Shown here in pieces: positions 46,743 through 57,930 of a stretch of 64,000 bases of DNA. Under the pieces are notes generated by a model. That model worked only from the letters and a program-made list of their open reading frames with translations, did no database searches and was not told the DNA's origin. The position numbers and the translations under genes were made by a program. Source of the DNA: Burkholderiales bacterium (GTDB taxonomy: Bacteria > Pseudomonadota > Gammaproteobacteria > Burkholderiales > Burkholderiaceae_E); NCBI GenBank assembly GCA_044507525.1, contig JBIQJM010000001.1, forward strand, positions 18,463-82,462. Direction: 5' to 3'. The stretch's first letter is position 1. The number at the start of each line of letters is the position of its first letter.

Positions 46743-47347
46743 TCGGCCGGCCCGGTGCGGCGGCGTGCGCCGCGGGTGGCGAAGGCAGCGGCGAGCGCAC
46801 CGGCGCCCATCAACGCGAGGGGCAGCGGCGCAGGAATCGGGGTCGCGGCCCGGCCGACCGTCATCGAGACGCGCACCGACCCGCCGTTGTCGGCGGCGTT
46901 GCTGTCCCAGTACCGCAGGTTCAGCGTACCCGTGCCCCAGGCCGGACCGCTGAACGAGGTGCCCAGCAGGCGATAGTCGCCGCCGATCTCGCCGACGAGT
47001 GCGCCGAAGGGCGCCGAGAAGCCGCCCGCCCCGTGGAGGGAGAAGCTCTGTCCGATCAGGGTTCCCGCCGGTTGGCCCGACTCGTCGCTTCCCGTGGCGT
47101 ACAGCGGGACAACCAGCCCGTCGGCGTTGGACCACCGGGGCAAGGCACCGGCCGACCAGAGATCGCCCTCGCCGGCCTGGATCGTCAGCCATTCGCCGGC
47201 GTCGACGACGAGCGTGGCGAGCGGCGTGCCACCGGTGCTGCTGTTCAGCGCGGCATCGACGTCGTACTGGTAGACGACGTCGGCCCGCGCGGGCGCGCCC
47301 GCCAGCATGGCGACGGCGACGCAGGCAGTGGACAGGAACCGCTTCAT
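46739..47347 (-). CDS. Secreted LecA/PA-IL-like protein with PEP-CTERM-type sorting tail
   Basis: Signal peptide; [25 protein letters not shown]; tail IPAPLP-hydrophobic-RGARRR. Confidence 0.7.
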   Translation of the reverse strand: MKRFLSTACVAVAMLAGAPARADVVYQYDVDAALNSSTGGTPLATLVVDAGEWLTIQAGEGDLWSAGALPRWSNADGLVVPLYATGSDESGQPAGTLIGQSFSLHGAGGFSAPFGALVGEIGGDYRLLGTSFSGPAWGTGTLNLRYWDSNAADNGGSVRVSMTVGRAATPIPAPLPLALMGAGALAAAFATRGARRRTGPAD

Positions 47348-47387
47348 CAGGACACTCCTCTCTCGGCGACAGGTCGGATCCTGTTGA

Positions 47388-47484
47388 AGCAAGAAATACG
47401 CCAGCGCAAAAGATATATCCGAAATCAATGCGTTGCGAGAGACGCTCGCGCGGTGTCCACACCGGGATGTAAACAATTTCGACA
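47388..47484 (-). promoter_or_regulatory. sigma54 promoter + IHF site + enhancer
   Basis: TGGCGTATTTCTTGCT (47403-47388); AATCAATGCGTTG (47423-47435); TGT-N11-ACA (47468-47484). Confidence 0.8.
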
Positions 47485-47516
47485 GCGCCGGCCGGCGCGG
47501 CAGCGCAGCTGGGCCG

Positions 47517-48365
47517 TCACACGCCCCACTGGACGAGCCCCGTCCACGCCGACACCAGCACCACGATTCCGAAAGCGATCCGGTACCAGGCGAACGGGAC
47601 GAAATCGTGCGTGGCGACGTACCGGATCAGCCAGTGCACGCAGGCGAGCGCCGCGAAGAACGAGAACAGCAGCCCGACGCCGAACAGCGGCAGGTCGGCC
47701 GGTCCGAGGAGCGACCGGTACTGCCACGAGTCGTAGATGCCCGCGCCGACCAGCGTCGGAATCGCGAGAAAGAACGAGAATTCGGTGGCGACGCGTCGCG
47801 ACAGGCCGAACAGCATGCCGCCGATGATCGTCGCTCCCGAGCGGCTCGTTCCCGGGATCAGCGCGAACGCCTGCGCGACGCCGAGCTTCATCGCGTCGGC
47901 GAGCGTGATCGCGTCGACGTGATGCACCGTCTGCGCGGCCTGCATGCGGCTGCGTCCGCGCTCGACCCAGAGGATGACCAGCCCTCCGGCGATGAACGCG
48001 ATCGCCACCGGCACCGGCTGGAACAGGTGCTCCTTGATCACTCCGGCGAACATCACGCCGAGGATCGCCGCAGGCAGGAACGCGACGACGACGTTGGCCG
48101 CGAAGCGCCGCGCGCTCGGGTCGGTGCGCACGCCGGCGAAGGTCCCGACGATGCGGGCGCGGAAGTACCAGATGACGGCGAGCATCGCGCCGGTCTGGAT
48201 CGCGACCGAGAACATCTTCGCCTTCTCGCCGTGGAAGCCGAGCGCGCTCGACGCCAGGATCAGGTGACCGGTGCTGGAGATGGGCAGGAACTCGGTGAGC
48301 CCCTCGACGATGCCGAGCAGCGCCGCCTTGACGAGGATCGGAAGCCCGTAGAAGACCTCGATCAT
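47517..48365 (-). CDS. uppP: Undecaprenyl-diphosphate phosphatase
   Basis: [39 protein letters not shown]. Confidence 0.96.
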   Translation of the reverse strand: MIEVFYGLPILVKAALLGIVEGLTEFLPISSTGHLILASSALGFHGEKAKMFSVAIQTGAMLAVIWYFRARIVGTFAGVRTDPSARRFAANVVVAFLPAAILGVMFAGVIKEHLFQPVPVAIAFIAGGLVILWVERGRSRMQAAQTVHHVDAITLADAMKLGVAQAFALIPGTSRSGATIIGGMLFGLSRRVATEFSFFLAIPTLVGAGIYDSWQYRSLLGPADLPLFGVGLLFSFFAALACVHWLIRYVATHDFVPFAWYRIAFGIVVLVSAWTGLVQWGV

Positions 48366-49246
48366 CGATCCCACCAGGCGTGGAAATGGTGGACCGGACC
48401 ATGGCCGCTGCCGATGTCGAGTCGATCGGCATTGCGCAACGCGTCGGTCAGATAGCGCTTCGCCTCGCGTACGGCATCCACCGGCTCGGCGCCGCGCGCG
48501 AGCAGCGCGGCGATCGCCGCCGACAGCGTGCAGCCGGTGCCGTGCGTGTTGTTCGTCTCGACCCGCGTCTCGGGCAGCTCGATCATGCGGTCGCCGTCGT
48601 GCAGGAGGTCGATCGGATCGCCGCTCGCGTGTCCGCCCTTGAGCAGGACGAAGCGCAGGCCGTCGTCGGCGAGCAGCCGGCGCAGGCGCTCGGCCGCACG
48701 GCGCATCTCGCGCGGCGTCTCCGGCGCGCGCTCCTGCAGCAGCACGCCGGCCTCGGGCAGGTTCGGCGTGATCATCGTCGCCAGCGGCAGGATCGCTTCG
48801 ATCAGCGTGCCGATCGCGTCGCGATCGAGCAGCACGTCGCCGCTCTTGGCGACCATCACCGGGTCGACGACCCGATGCGGCAGCCGCCCCTCGGCGATCG
48901 GCGCGGCGAGCCCCTCGGCCACCGCGGCGGCCACCGGCGCGGTGCCGAGCATCCCGATCTTCGCCGCATCGATCCGTACGTCGGCGAAGAGCGTGTCGAT
49001 CTGCAGGCGCACGAACGCGGGCGGCACGGCGTGCACCCCCGTCACCGCGCGGGTGTTCTGCGCGGTCAACGCGGCGACGACGCCCGTGCCGTAGGCGCCG
49101 AGCGCCGAGAATGCCTTGAGGTCGGCGAAGATGCCGGCGCCGCCGCTCGGATCGATGCCTGCGATCGACAGGGCATTGCGAACGGCGGCGCCGGCGGTGC
49201 GCGAGGCGTCCGCACCCGCCGGGCGGGAAGTTCTCCGATGGTTCAC
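48362..49246 (-). CDS. thiD: HMP/HMP-P kinase; start uncertain
   Basis: [50 protein letters not shown]. Confidence 0.93.
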   Translation of the reverse strand: MNHRRTSRPAGADASRTAGAAVRNALSIAGIDPSGGAGIFADLKAFSALGAYGTGVVAALTAQNTRAVTGVHAVPPAFVRLQIDTLFADVRIDAAKIGMLGTAPVAAAVAEGLAAPIAEGRLPHRVVDPVMVAKSGDVLLDRDAIGTLIEAILPLATMITPNLPEAGVLLQERAPETPREMRRAAERLRRLLADDGLRFVLLKGGHASGDPIDLLHDGDRMIELPETRVETNNTHGTGCTLSAAIAALLARGAEPVDAVREAKRYLTDALRNADRLDIGSGHGPVHHFHAWWDR

Positions 49247-49335
49247 GAGTTCATGCCGCGCAAGCGAAGCGTTGCGCGCTGAGTCGACGCGACGATGCGC
49301 CGACCGCGATGGTAACCGCAGACGCGCCCCCTGCT

Positions 49336-50511
49336 TCAGCGCAGCGGCTCGCCTCGCCACGCCCCGAGCAGCGGCACGCGCATCTCGTCTTCGCTCGGCC
49401 CGCCGTGCATGCCGATGAAGCGCATCGGCGCCTCGCCTTCGAGCGTGTCGACCAGCGTGACGCAACGCCGCGGGACGAGCACGTGCGTACCGAGTCGCCC
49501 GGCAAGCGCATCGCCCTCGCCGAACCAGCCGGCGTCGAGCAACTCCTGCGACCGATGCACGTCGAAGGCGTCGCCGAGCGCCGCGCGGACGGTCTCGCCG
49601 AAGCGCTCGACGGCCTCGGGGCGCACCGTACAGAGCGGCACGCGGGGCTCGCCGGTCAGCGGTCGCTCGAGGCACGCCGCGATCGACGGAAACTGCTCGA
49701 GCTGCAGCTGATCGTCTTCGGCGACGTCGACGAAACCGTGGTCGGCCGTTGCGAGCACGAGGGCGTCGCGATCGTGCATCCGCTCGACGAGCCGGCCGAA
49801 CCAGCGATCGAGCCGGCGCACGACGGCCGCGGCCTCGTCGCTCGTGCAGCCCGCTTCGTGGCTCACGGTGTCGAAGTGCGGCAGGTAGACGAAGATGCTC
49901 GCCGCGCCGCCCGCCTCGTCGAGCAATGTCTCGAGCCGCTCGACCGTCTCGTCGAGGCTGCGATACGCGACGATCGTCGACCCGGAATACGCGTGGCGCG
50001 AGAACTCGGAATCGGCGATCTGCGCCGGCAACAGCGCGAACGCCGGCACGCGGCAGCGCGTCATCCACGGCGCCCACGCCCAGGTGTCCGCGGCGAGCAG
50101 CTTCGCGGTGTGATCGCTGCGCAGGTCCATCGGCAGCGTGCGGATGACCGCCTGCGCCGCCTCCGACCACATCAGCCAGCCCGGGTTGCCGTGCGCCGCG
50201 GGTGGCGCGGCGGCCGACAGGGCCGACAGCGCGGGCGCGGTGCTCGACGGAAAGACGGAATCGAGCGAACGAACACGGAAGTGCGCGAGCGCGCCGTCGG
50301 GCGCATGCATGCCCAGTTGTCGTTCGCCGAGCCCGTCCATCAGCACGAACACGGCCGCACGGCACGACGCCAGCGCGTCGACGAGCGGGCGGTCGGGCAG
50401 TGCAGGAACCGCGCAGCGCGCGCCGAATCGCCCGGCGAGCGAAGCCGCGACGGAAACGATGCTCGAAGCGGCCCCGAAATCGGTGGGGCCGCACAGCGGT
50501 GATCGCGTCAC
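49336..50511 (-). CDS. Alkaline phosphatase superfamily (nucleotide pyrophosphatase-like)
   Basis: LMDGLG, FPSST, DTVSH, TADHG, GMHGG...EMRVP. Confidence 0.82.
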   Translation of the reverse strand: MTRSPLCGPTDFGAASSIVSVAASLAGRFGARCAVPALPDRPLVDALASCRAAVFVLMDGLGERQLGMHAPDGALAHFRVRSLDSVFPSSTAPALSALSAAAPPAAHGNPGWLMWSEAAQAVIRTLPMDLRSDHTAKLLAADTWAWAPWMTRCRVPAFALLPAQIADSEFSRHAYSGSTIVAYRSLDETVERLETLLDEAGGAASIFVYLPHFDTVSHEAGCTSDEAAAVVRRLDRWFGRLVERMHDRDALVLATADHGFVDVAEDDQLQLEQFPSIAACLERPLTGEPRVPLCTVRPEAVERFGETVRAALGDAFDVHRSQELLDAGWFGEGDALAGRLGTHVLVPRRCVTLVDTLEGEAPMRFIGMHGGPSEDEMRVPLLGAWRGEPLR

Positions 50512-50592
50512 CGGAAACCTCCGCTCGAAGCGACGATCGACGCGGCGGTTCCCGGCGCGCGTCCGGCAGCCGTGCCGGACGCGGACATGCGA

Positions 50593-51111
50593 TCAGTGGC
50601 GATGACCCCGGCCGCGATCGCCGCGATGTCGGTGATGGGAATGGCGGTCGTGCGACCAGCCATGATCCGCACGATACCGCACGTGCGGCGGCTTCACGTG
50701 AACGACCCTGGGAGCGCGATACACGACGCGCGGCGGGGGGATCACCACCGGCGCAGGCGCGTAGTACACGGGAGGCGCCGCGTAGTAGACGGGCGGCGCC
50801 GGGACGTAGACCGGGGCCGGATGGCCGAAGCCGACCGAAGCGCCGTATCCGGAGTGACGATGCTGCGCGGCCGCCGCACCCGCCGCGGCGCCGATCGCGC
50901 CGCCGATCACCGCCCCGTCGCGTCCGCCGATCGATTGACCGATGAGCGCGCCCGCTCCGCCGCCGACGATCGCACCGAGCACCGGCTGCGAAGCCTGTGC
51001 GGGCGGCGCCAGCCACACGGCCGCGGACAACGCGAGCGCCGAGGCAGCCATCCACCGCAGCGCAACCGGCGAGATCCGCCGTGCCGCAGGGAGAATTCGT
51101 GTTTCGTTCAT
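50593..51111 (-). CDS. Glycine-zipper protein with Pro-Val-Tyr repeats and His-rich tail
   Basis: RBS GAGGAG; GAIVGGGAGALIG..GGRDGAVIGGAIGAAAG; APPVYY repeats. Confidence 0.65.
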   Translation of the reverse strand: MNETRILPAARRISPVALRWMAASALALSAAVWLAPPAQASQPVLGAIVGGGAGALIGQSIGGRDGAVIGGAIGAAAGAAAAQHRHSGYGASVGFGHPAPVYVPAPPVYYAAPPVYYAPAPVVIPPPRVVYRAPRVVHVKPPHVRYRADHGWSHDRHSHHRHRGDRGRGHRH

Positions 51112-51327
51112 CGTCGACTCCTCGATTCGGCGGCCGGGCGCTGTCGCCCGACCCTCGCAGCCAGCGTAGGCCGGGCGGTCGCGCCCGGCCAGCCCCGATC
51201 CTGCAAAAGGCGTAACAGTGTGTAAGGGAGAACCCGCGGCCGCCGCGCGCCGACTGACCCCCGCAGGGATTTCCTCGTAGCATCGTTTTACGCGCCGCCC
51301 AACGGAACGAACGGAAGAAGATCGCAC

Positions 51328-53472
51328 ATGCGCCTGCGCACGGTATGGATCGGACTCGCCGTCGTGGTCGCCCTGATCGCGACGGCGATCGTCGTCTTCA
51401 TCGCCACCTTCGACGCGAATCGCTACAAGCCGACGATCGTCGAGCTCGTCGAGCGGCACACGGGCCGCAAACTGGCGATCGAAGGCGAGCTCTCGCTGTC
51501 GGTCTGGCCCGGCATCGCGCTCTCGATGGACCGGGCGACGCTCTCCGGGCCGAGAGGCGAGGGACGCTTCGCGAGCATCGAGTCGGCGAACATCGGCGTG
51601 AAACTGCGCCCGCTGCTGGCGCGCCAAGTGCAGATCGAGCGCGTCGCGCTCGACGGCCTCAGTGTGGACGCCGTGCGGCACGCCGACGGCAGCACGAACT
51701 TCGACGACCTGCTCGCACGCCTGAAGGAACCGGGCGCCGACGGCAGCGCATCGCCGGCCCCGCCCGCCACGCCCGGCGATGCCGCGTCGGCTGCCGCGAC
51801 GAGCGTGACCGTCGCGGAAGTCGCGCTGCGCGACGCCTCGCTCGGCTGGCGCGACGAGGCCGCCGGCGACGAATGGCGGCTGCACGGCCTCGACCTCGAC
51901 GCCGACCGCATCGGAAGCGGCGAGCCCGGCAGGGTGCAGGCGAGCGGCCGGCTCACCGGCAAGAAAGCAGGCATCGACGCACAGCTGAACGCGTCGAGCC
52001 GCTATCGCGCCGACTTCGCGACGGGACGCATCGAGCTCTCCGACGCCCGGCTCGCCGCGACGACCGACGACGGCATCACCGCGCAGCTGGAAGCGCCGGC
52101 GCTGACGATCGCCGGCGCTTCGATCGCGGGCAAGCCGGTGGCGCTGCAGGTGCAGATGCAACGCGACGCGAGCAAGCTCGACGCGTCGCTGTCCACCGAG
52201 ATATCGGCGCCCGCGCAACAGCCGATCACCTTGCGCGACATTCGCGCGAACCTCACGGTCTCGGGCGCGGGCCTGCCCGCCGACGGCGTCAAGGTCTCGC
52301 TCGGCGGGCAGGGAGCGATCGACCTGCAGCGAAAGACCGCGTCGCTCGATCTCCAGGGCCGCGTCGACGAATCGCCGATGCAGGCGCGCTTCACGGTGCC
52401 CAGCCTGTCGCCGTTGGCGTTGCAGTTCGACCTGCAGGCCGAACGGCTCGACGTCGACCGTTTCCGCGGCGCACCGGCGCCGGGCCCCTCCGGCGCCCCG
52501 GCCGGTGGCGCGTCGGGCGGCACGCAGCCGAAGGCAGCCGCACCGGCCCCCGCCGCGATCCCGATCCCCCCGATCGCCGACGTCGACACCACCGGCTCGC
52601 TGCGCATCGGCGTGCTGCGCGCCGCCGGCGTCGACCTGCGCGACCTCACGATGACGCTGCGCTCCGGCAAGGGGCGCATCGACGTCACGCGCCTTGCCGC
52701 GGGGCTGCTCGGCGGCACCGCCAACGGCAATGCCTCGCTCGCGAAGAGCGGTCGCGCCGCGCTGAAGATGCGGCTGAACGACGTCGACGTCGGACTGGCG
52801 TTGCGCGAGTTCGCACGACGCGACGTGCTCGAAGGACGCGGCAGCGTCTCGATCGACGTCGCCGGCACCGGCACGACGGTACCGGCGCTCGAGCGTTCGC
52901 TCTCCGGCAGCGCGCGCATCGCGCTGCGCGACGGTGCGATCCGGGGCATCGACCTGGGCAAGGTGCTGCAGAAGGTCGAGAGCACGATCGCCGCGGTGCG
53001 CGGCGGCGGCCCGGGCCAGGCGCTGCAGGACCGCGCCGGCGGCGGCGAGAGGACGGCGTTCTCGTCGCTCGACGCGAGCTTCGCGATCCGCCAGGGCGTG
53101 GCCCACAACGACGATCTCGACGTGCGCTCGCCGCTGCTGCGCGTCGGGGGCAGCGGCACCATCGACATCCCGGAACAGACGGTCGACTACCTGCTGCGCG
53201 TCTCGCTCGTCGGCAGCCTCGCCGGACAAGGCGGCGCGGAGCGCTCCGCGCTGCGCGGCGTCACGATCCCGGTGCGCGTCGCCGGTCCGATGGCCGCGCT
53301 GTCGTACAGCGTGGAAGTCGAGCGCCTCGCACGCGACGCACTGAAGCAGGAAGTGACCCGGCAGCTCGAGGAACGCCTGCTCGGCAGGAGCAAGTCGGGC
53401 GACTCCGGCGACGCCGGCGAATCGTCGAAGCCGAATCCGCGCGACCTGTTGCGCGGACTCATCGGGCGCTGA
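51328..53472 (+). CDS. asmA: AsmA family protein
   Basis: N-terminal [41 protein letters not shown]. Confidence 0.88.
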   Translation: MRLRTVWIGLAVVVALIATAIVVFIATFDANRYKPTIVELVERHTGRKLAIEGELSLSVWPGIALSMDRATLSGPRGEGRFASIESANIGVKLRPLLARQVQIERVALDGLSVDAVRHADGSTNFDDLLARLKEPGADGSASPAPPATPGDAASAAATSVTVAEVALRDASLGWRDEAAGDEWRLHGLDLDADRIGSGEPGRVQASGRLTGKKAGIDAQLNASSRYRADFATGRIELSDARLAATTDDGITAQLEAPALTIAGASIAGKPVALQVQMQRDASKLDASLSTEISAPAQQPITLRDIRANLTVSGAGLPADGVKVSLGGQGAIDLQRKTASLDLQGRVDESPMQARFTVPSLSPLALQFDLQAERLDVDRFRGAPAPGPSGAPAGGASGGTQPKAAAPAPAAIPIPPIADVDTTGSLRIGVLRAAGVDLRDLTMTLRSGKGRIDVTRLAAGLLGGTANGNASLAKSGRAALKMRLNDVDVGLALREFARRDVLEGRGSVSIDVAGTGTTVPALERSLSGSARIALRDGAIRGIDLGKVLQKVESTIAAVRGGGPGQALQDRAGGGERTAFSSLDASFAIRQGVAHNDDLDVRSPLLRVGGSGTIDIPEQTVDYLLRVSLVGSLAGQGGAERSALRGVTIPVRVAGPMAALSYSVEVERLARDALKQEVTRQLEERLLGRSKSGDSGDAGESSKPNPRDLLRGLIGR

Positions 53473-53599
53473 CCGTTCCGCCGAGGACCGGCCTGCGCTT
53501 TCAGGGCGCGCGACGAAGCGCGGGCAAATTTCCGTATCATTGCGCGGGATACGCGCTGCTCGCCGCGGCGCACCCGCCTTCTCACTTTCCTGTCCATCG

Positions 53600-54148
53600 A
53601 TGACATCCCCGCTGGCCCTCGACCCGATGCGTTTCACCCAGAAGTCGAGCTACGCCTACGAAGACCTGATCGCCTGCGGCCACGGAGACCTGTTCGGCCC
53701 GGGCAACGCGCGCCTGCCGTTGCCGCCGATGCTGATGTTCGATCGCATCACCGAGATCTCCGCCACCGGCGGCGCCTTCGACAAGGGCTACATGAAGGCG
53801 GAATTCGACATCCGGCCCGATCTCTGGTTCTTCAGCTGCCACTTCGAGGGCGACCCGGTGATGCCCGGCTGCCTGGGCCTCGACTCCCTGTGGCAGATGC
53901 TCGGCTTCTTCCTCGGCTGGACGGGCGCGCCCGGCTCGGGCCGCGCGCTCGGGCTCGCGCAGCTGAAGTTCACCGGACAGATCCTGCCGGAGACGAAACG
54001 CGTCGATTACCGCATCGACGTCAAGCGCGTGATCAATCGACGCCTGGTGCTGGGAGTGGCCGACGGCGAGGTGCGCGCCGACGGCGAATTGATCTATCAG
54101 GCCTCCGACCTGCAGGTGGGGCTGTTCGAAAACCCGAAGTCGATCTAG
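53600..54148 (+). CDS. fabA: 3-hydroxydecanoyl-ACP dehydratase/isomerase
   Basis: [28 protein letters not shown] (FabA His/Asp), GRALG. Confidence 0.95.
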   Translation: MTSPLALDPMRFTQKSSYAYEDLIACGHGDLFGPGNARLPLPPMLMFDRITEISATGGAFDKGYMKAEFDIRPDLWFFSCHFEGDPVMPGCLGLDSLWQMLGFFLGWTGAPGSGRALGLAQLKFTGQILPETKRVDYRIDVKRVINRRLVLGVADGEVRADGELIYQASDLQVGLFENPKSI

Positions 54149-54152
54149 AGAC

Positions 54153-55388
54153 ATGAACGGTACGCGACGCGTCGTCGTCACGGGAATGGGCATCGTTTCG
54201 TGCATCGGCACGGATGCCGGACAGGTGCTCGATTCCCTGCGCGGGGGCCGCTCGGGCATCTCCTTCATTCCGGAGTACGCCGAGCTCGGCTTCCGCAGCC
54301 AGGTGGCCGGACGCCCGGAAATCGATCTCGACGCGGCCATCGACCGCAAGCTGCGCCGCTTCATGGGCGACGGCGCCGCCTACCTGCACCTGTCGATGGA
54401 GCAGGCGATCGCCGACGCCGGACTCGCTCCCGACCAGGTCTCGAACGAGCGCACCGGCATCGTCGTCGGTTCCGGCGGCCCTTCCACGCGCAACCAGGTC
54501 GAGGCGGCCGCGATCTGCAAGGAACGCGGCCCGAAGCGCGTCGGTCCCTACATGGTGCCGCGCTGCATGTCGTCGACGACCTCGGCCACCGCGGCGACGA
54601 ACTTCCGGATCCGCGGAGTCAACTACTCGATCTCGTCGGCCTGCTCGACGTCCGCGCACTGCATCGGCAATGCCTCCGAGCTCATCCAGTGGGGCAAGCA
54701 GGACCTGATGTTCGCCGGCGGCGCCGAGGAGCTCGACTGGACCCTGTCGGTGCTGTTCGACGCAATGGGGGCGATGTCGTCGAAGTACAACGACCGCCCG
54801 CAACAGGCGTCGCGCGCGTACGACGCGAACCGCGACGGGTTCGTCATCGCCGGGGGCGGAGGCGTCGTCGTGCTCGAGGAGCTCGAGCACGCGAAGGCGC
54901 GCGGTGCGCGCATCTACGCCGAGATCGTCGGCTACGGCGCCACCTCCGACGGCCACGACATGGTCGCGCCGAGCGGCGAAGGCGCGGTTCGCTGCATGCG
55001 GCAGGCGCTCGCCACCGTGAAGACGCCGGTCAGCTACGTCAACACGCACGGCACGAGCACGCCGGTGGGCGACATCACCGAGCTCGACGCCATCCGCCAG
55101 GTGTTCGGCGAGCGCGGCCAGCCGCTGCCGCACGTCTCGTCGACGAAGTCGATGACCGGCCACTCGCTGGGCGCCACCGGGGTGCAGGAAGCGATCTACT
55201 GCCTGTTGATGCTGCAGAACGACTTCGTCGCGCCGAGCATCAACATCGAGACGCTCGACGCAGGCGCCGAAGGCGTGCCGATCGCGCGCGAACGCGTCGA
55301 CGGCGTGCGGCACGAAGCCATCCTGTCGAACAGCTTCGGCTTCGGCGGCACCAACTGCACGCTCGCGCTCGCGCGCTACACCGGTTGA
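54153..55388 (+). CDS. fabB: Beta-ketoacyl-ACP synthase I
   Basis: [29 protein letters not shown]; follows fabA. Confidence 0.93.
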   Translation: MNGTRRVVVTGMGIVSCIGTDAGQVLDSLRGGRSGISFIPEYAELGFRSQVAGRPEIDLDAAIDRKLRRFMGDGAAYLHLSMEQAIADAGLAPDQVSNERTGIVVGSGGPSTRNQVEAAAICKERGPKRVGPYMVPRCMSSTTSATAATNFRIRGVNYSISSACSTSAHCIGNASELIQWGKQDLMFAGGAEELDWTLSVLFDAMGAMSSKYNDRPQQASRAYDANRDGFVIAGGGGVVVLEELEHAKARGARIYAEIVGYGATSDGHDMVAPSGEGAVRCMRQALATVKTPVSYVNTHGTSTPVGDITELDAIRQVFGERGQPLPHVSSTKSMTGHSLGATGVQEAIYCLLMLQNDFVAPSINIETLDAGAEGVPIARERVDGVRHEAILSNSFGFGGTNCTLALARYTG

Positions 55389-55501
55389 TCGGAGCCGCCC
55401 GCAGCGCAGCGCCTCGCCCGCCCGGGCGGGCTGCCGGGCCTGCTGCGCCGCGGAAGGTCATTGATAGAATGCCGCCACCTCCGATCCCCCCGCAGCCCCG
55501 T

Positions 55502-56167
55502 ATGGACTTCGAACGCGCGCGCTTCAACATGGTCGAGCAGCAGATCCGCACCTGGGAGGTGCTCGACCCGGATGTGCTCGACACGCTGTTCGCGGTGCAT
55601 CGGGAAGACTTCGTCCCGCCCGCCTGGCGCGCGCTCGCGTTCGGCGACCTCGAGATCCCGATCACGGTCGACGGAGTCGCCACCGGCGAATCGATGCTCT
55701 CGCCCAAGCTCGAGGCCCGGATACTGCAGTCGGTGCTGCCCGAACGCTCGCACACCGTGCTGGAAATCGGCGCCGGCACCGGCCACATGGCCGCGCTGCT
55801 CGCACAGTTCGCCCGCCAGGTCGTCACCTGCGACCTGCGCGAGGACCTGTGCCGCTTCGCGCAGGCGAACCTGAAGTTCGCCGGCGTCGGCAACGTCCGG
55901 GTCGAGCACCGCAACGGCCTGCTCGTCGCGAACGACGGCAGCTTCGACGTGATCGTGCTGTCGGGCTCGGTGCAGTTCGTGCCCGACTCGCTGCTGCAGC
56001 GGCTCGCCCCGAACGGGCGGCTGATCGCGATCGTCGGCGAGATGCCGGTGATGAGCGCCCAACGCGTCACGCGGACCGGCGATCGAGAGTTCTTCACGGA
56101 AAAGCTGTTCGAAACCGCCGCACCGCCGCTGCGCGAGTTCCCGCAGCGTGAACGTTTCCGGTTCTGA
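55502..56167 (+). CDS. pcm: Protein-L-isoaspartate O-methyltransferase family
   Basis: ARFNMVEQQIRTW, LEIGAGTG; -10 TAGAAT at 55465-55470. Confidence 0.9.
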   Translation: MDFERARFNMVEQQIRTWEVLDPDVLDTLFAVHREDFVPPAWRALAFGDLEIPITVDGVATGESMLSPKLEARILQSVLPERSHTVLEIGAGTGHMAALLAQFARQVVTCDLREDLCRFAQANLKFAGVGNVRVEHRNGLLVANDGSFDVIVLSGSVQFVPDSLLQRLAPNGRLIAIVGEMPVMSAQRVTRTGDREFFTEKLFETAAPPLREFPQRERFRF

Positions 56168-56191
56168 TGCCGGACGGCGCACTCGTCGACG

Positions 56192-56506
56192 ATGCAGCAG
56201 ATCGCGCCGCGCGCGCTCGCGTCCTGGCTTTGCGAGGAGCCGCCGCTGCTGCTCGACGTGCGCGAGGCATGGGAGGTCGCGATCAGCGCATTTCCCGACG
56301 CGCTGCACGTGCCGATGCGCGAGATCCCGTCGCGCCTCGACGAGCTGCCCGCGCGGCGGCCGATCGTCTGCATCTGCCACCACGGCGCGCGCAGCGCGCA
56401 GGTCGCGCTGTTCCTGGAGCACCGCGGTTTCGAGCGCGTGTACAACCTGGCAGGCGGCATCGACGCCTGGACTCGCGAAGTCGACGCGACGATTCCGCGA
56501 TACTGA
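56192..56506 (+). CDS. Single-domain rhodanese
   Basis: LLDVRE.WE, CHHGARS, NLAGGIDAW. Confidence 0.9.
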   Translation: MQQIAPRALASWLCEEPPLLLDVREAWEVAISAFPDALHVPMREIPSRLDELPARRPIVCICHHGARSAQVALFLEHRGFERVYNLAGGIDAWTREVDATIPRY

Positions 56507-56549
56507 GCCGGGCTTCGGGAGCCGCCGCGTCGCCCCGCTGGAGTCTCCA

Positions 56550-57884
56550 ATGAATCGCAAGACGGCCGCGAAGCTGTTTGCCGGCGCCCTTTCGTTCGCG
56601 CTGCTGGCTGCGCCCGCCGCACCCGCGTTCGCGCTCGACCTGCTGCAGGCGTGGCGCGAGGCGCTCGCCAACGACGCGCAGGTCGCGTCGGCGCGCGCGC
56701 AGCTCGACGCCACGCGCGAACGCGTGCCGCAGGCGCGCTCGCTGCTGTTGCCGGCGGTCGGGGCGAGCGCGGGGATGAACCGCGTCCGTTCCGATACCAA
56801 CGTCGCGCCGACGCGCAGCTTCACGTCGGAGGCGTACTCGATCCAGCTGTCGGTGCCGCTGCTCAGCCTCCCCGAGCACGAAGCATGGGAGCAGAGCAAG
56901 CTGGCGGTCGGCATCTCCGAAGCGCAATACCTCGCTGCGCAGCAGGACCTGATCCTGCGCGTCTCGCGCGCGTATTTCGACGTGCTCGCCGCGCAGGACA
57001 ACCTCGAGACGATCCATGCACAGAAGCGTGCGATCGCCGAGCAGCTGGAAGCGGCCAAGCGCAATTTCGAGGTCGGCACGGCGACGATCACCGACCAGCA
57101 GGAAGCGCAGGCGCGCTTCGATCTCACCGTCGCGCAGGAGATCGCCGCGCAGAACGCGCTCGAGGTGCAGCGGGCGCTGCTGGCGCAGCTGATCGGCCGC
57201 CCGGCCGGCGAACTCGAGGTGCTGCGGCGCGGCGTCGCCCTGCAGCCGCCGCAGCCGACCAGCGAGGCAGCGTGGGTGCAGCAGGCGCTCGACAGCAGCC
57301 TCGCCGTGCAGCAGCAGCGCGTGAACGTCGAGATCGCACGACGCGAGATCGAGCGGCGCCGCTACGTGAAGTATCCGACCGTCGACCTCGTCGGCTCGCT
57401 CGCCCGCAACGAGAACGCGACGCTGAACGCGGTCGGCCTGCGCTCGAACTCGGCGACGGTCGGCGTGCAGCTGTCGATGCCGCTGTACACGGGCGGCGGT
57501 ATCGACGCCGGCGTGCGCGAGGCGACGGCGCTGCTCGACCGCTCGCAGTCCGACCTCGAGACGACGCGCCGGCAGGTCGAGCAGGCGGCACGCCAGGCCT
57601 ACCTCGGCGTGAACAGCAGCCTCGCGCAGGCGAGCGCGCTGGAAGCGGCCGAACGCTCGAGCCAGCTCGCGCTCGAATCGAACCTGCTCGGCTACCAGGT
57701 CGGCGTGCGCATCAACATCGACGTGCTCAACGCCCAGCAGCAGCTGTTCAGCACCCGGCGAGACCTCGCGCGCGCGCGCTACGACGTGCTCGTCAACGGA
57801 CTGCTGCTGAAGTCGACGGCGGGGGTTCTCGGCGAGGAGGACCTCGCCGCGGTGGATGCGCTGCTGACTCCACCGTCGCCCTAG
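56550..57884 (+). CDS. tolC: TolC family outer membrane protein
   Basis: Signal peptide; QDLILRVSRAYF, FEVG..TITD, GYQVGVRINIDVLNAQ. Confidence 0.93.
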   Translation: MNRKTAAKLFAGALSFALLAAPAAPAFALDLLQAWREALANDAQVASARAQLDATRERVPQARSLLLPAVGASAGMNRVRSDTNVAPTRSFTSEAYSIQLSVPLLSLPEHEAWEQSKLAVGISEAQYLAAQQDLILRVSRAYFDVLAAQDNLETIHAQKRAIAEQLEAAKRNFEVGTATITDQQEAQARFDLTVAQEIAAQNALEVQRALLAQLIGRPAGELEVLRRGVALQPPQPTSEAAWVQQALDSSLAVQQQRVNVEIARREIERRRYVKYPTVDLVGSLARNENATLNAVGLRSNSATVGVQLSMPLYTGGGIDAGVREATALLDRSQSDLETTRRQVEQAARQAYLGVNSSLAQASALEAAERSSQLALESNLLGYQVGVRINIDVLNAQQQLFSTRRDLARARYDVLVNGLLLKSTAGVLGEEDLAAVDALLTPPSP

Positions 57885-57930
57885 CCGGTCGCCCGGGCGC
57901 GCCGGCGCCTGCTCCGCGCCGGCCGGCCCG

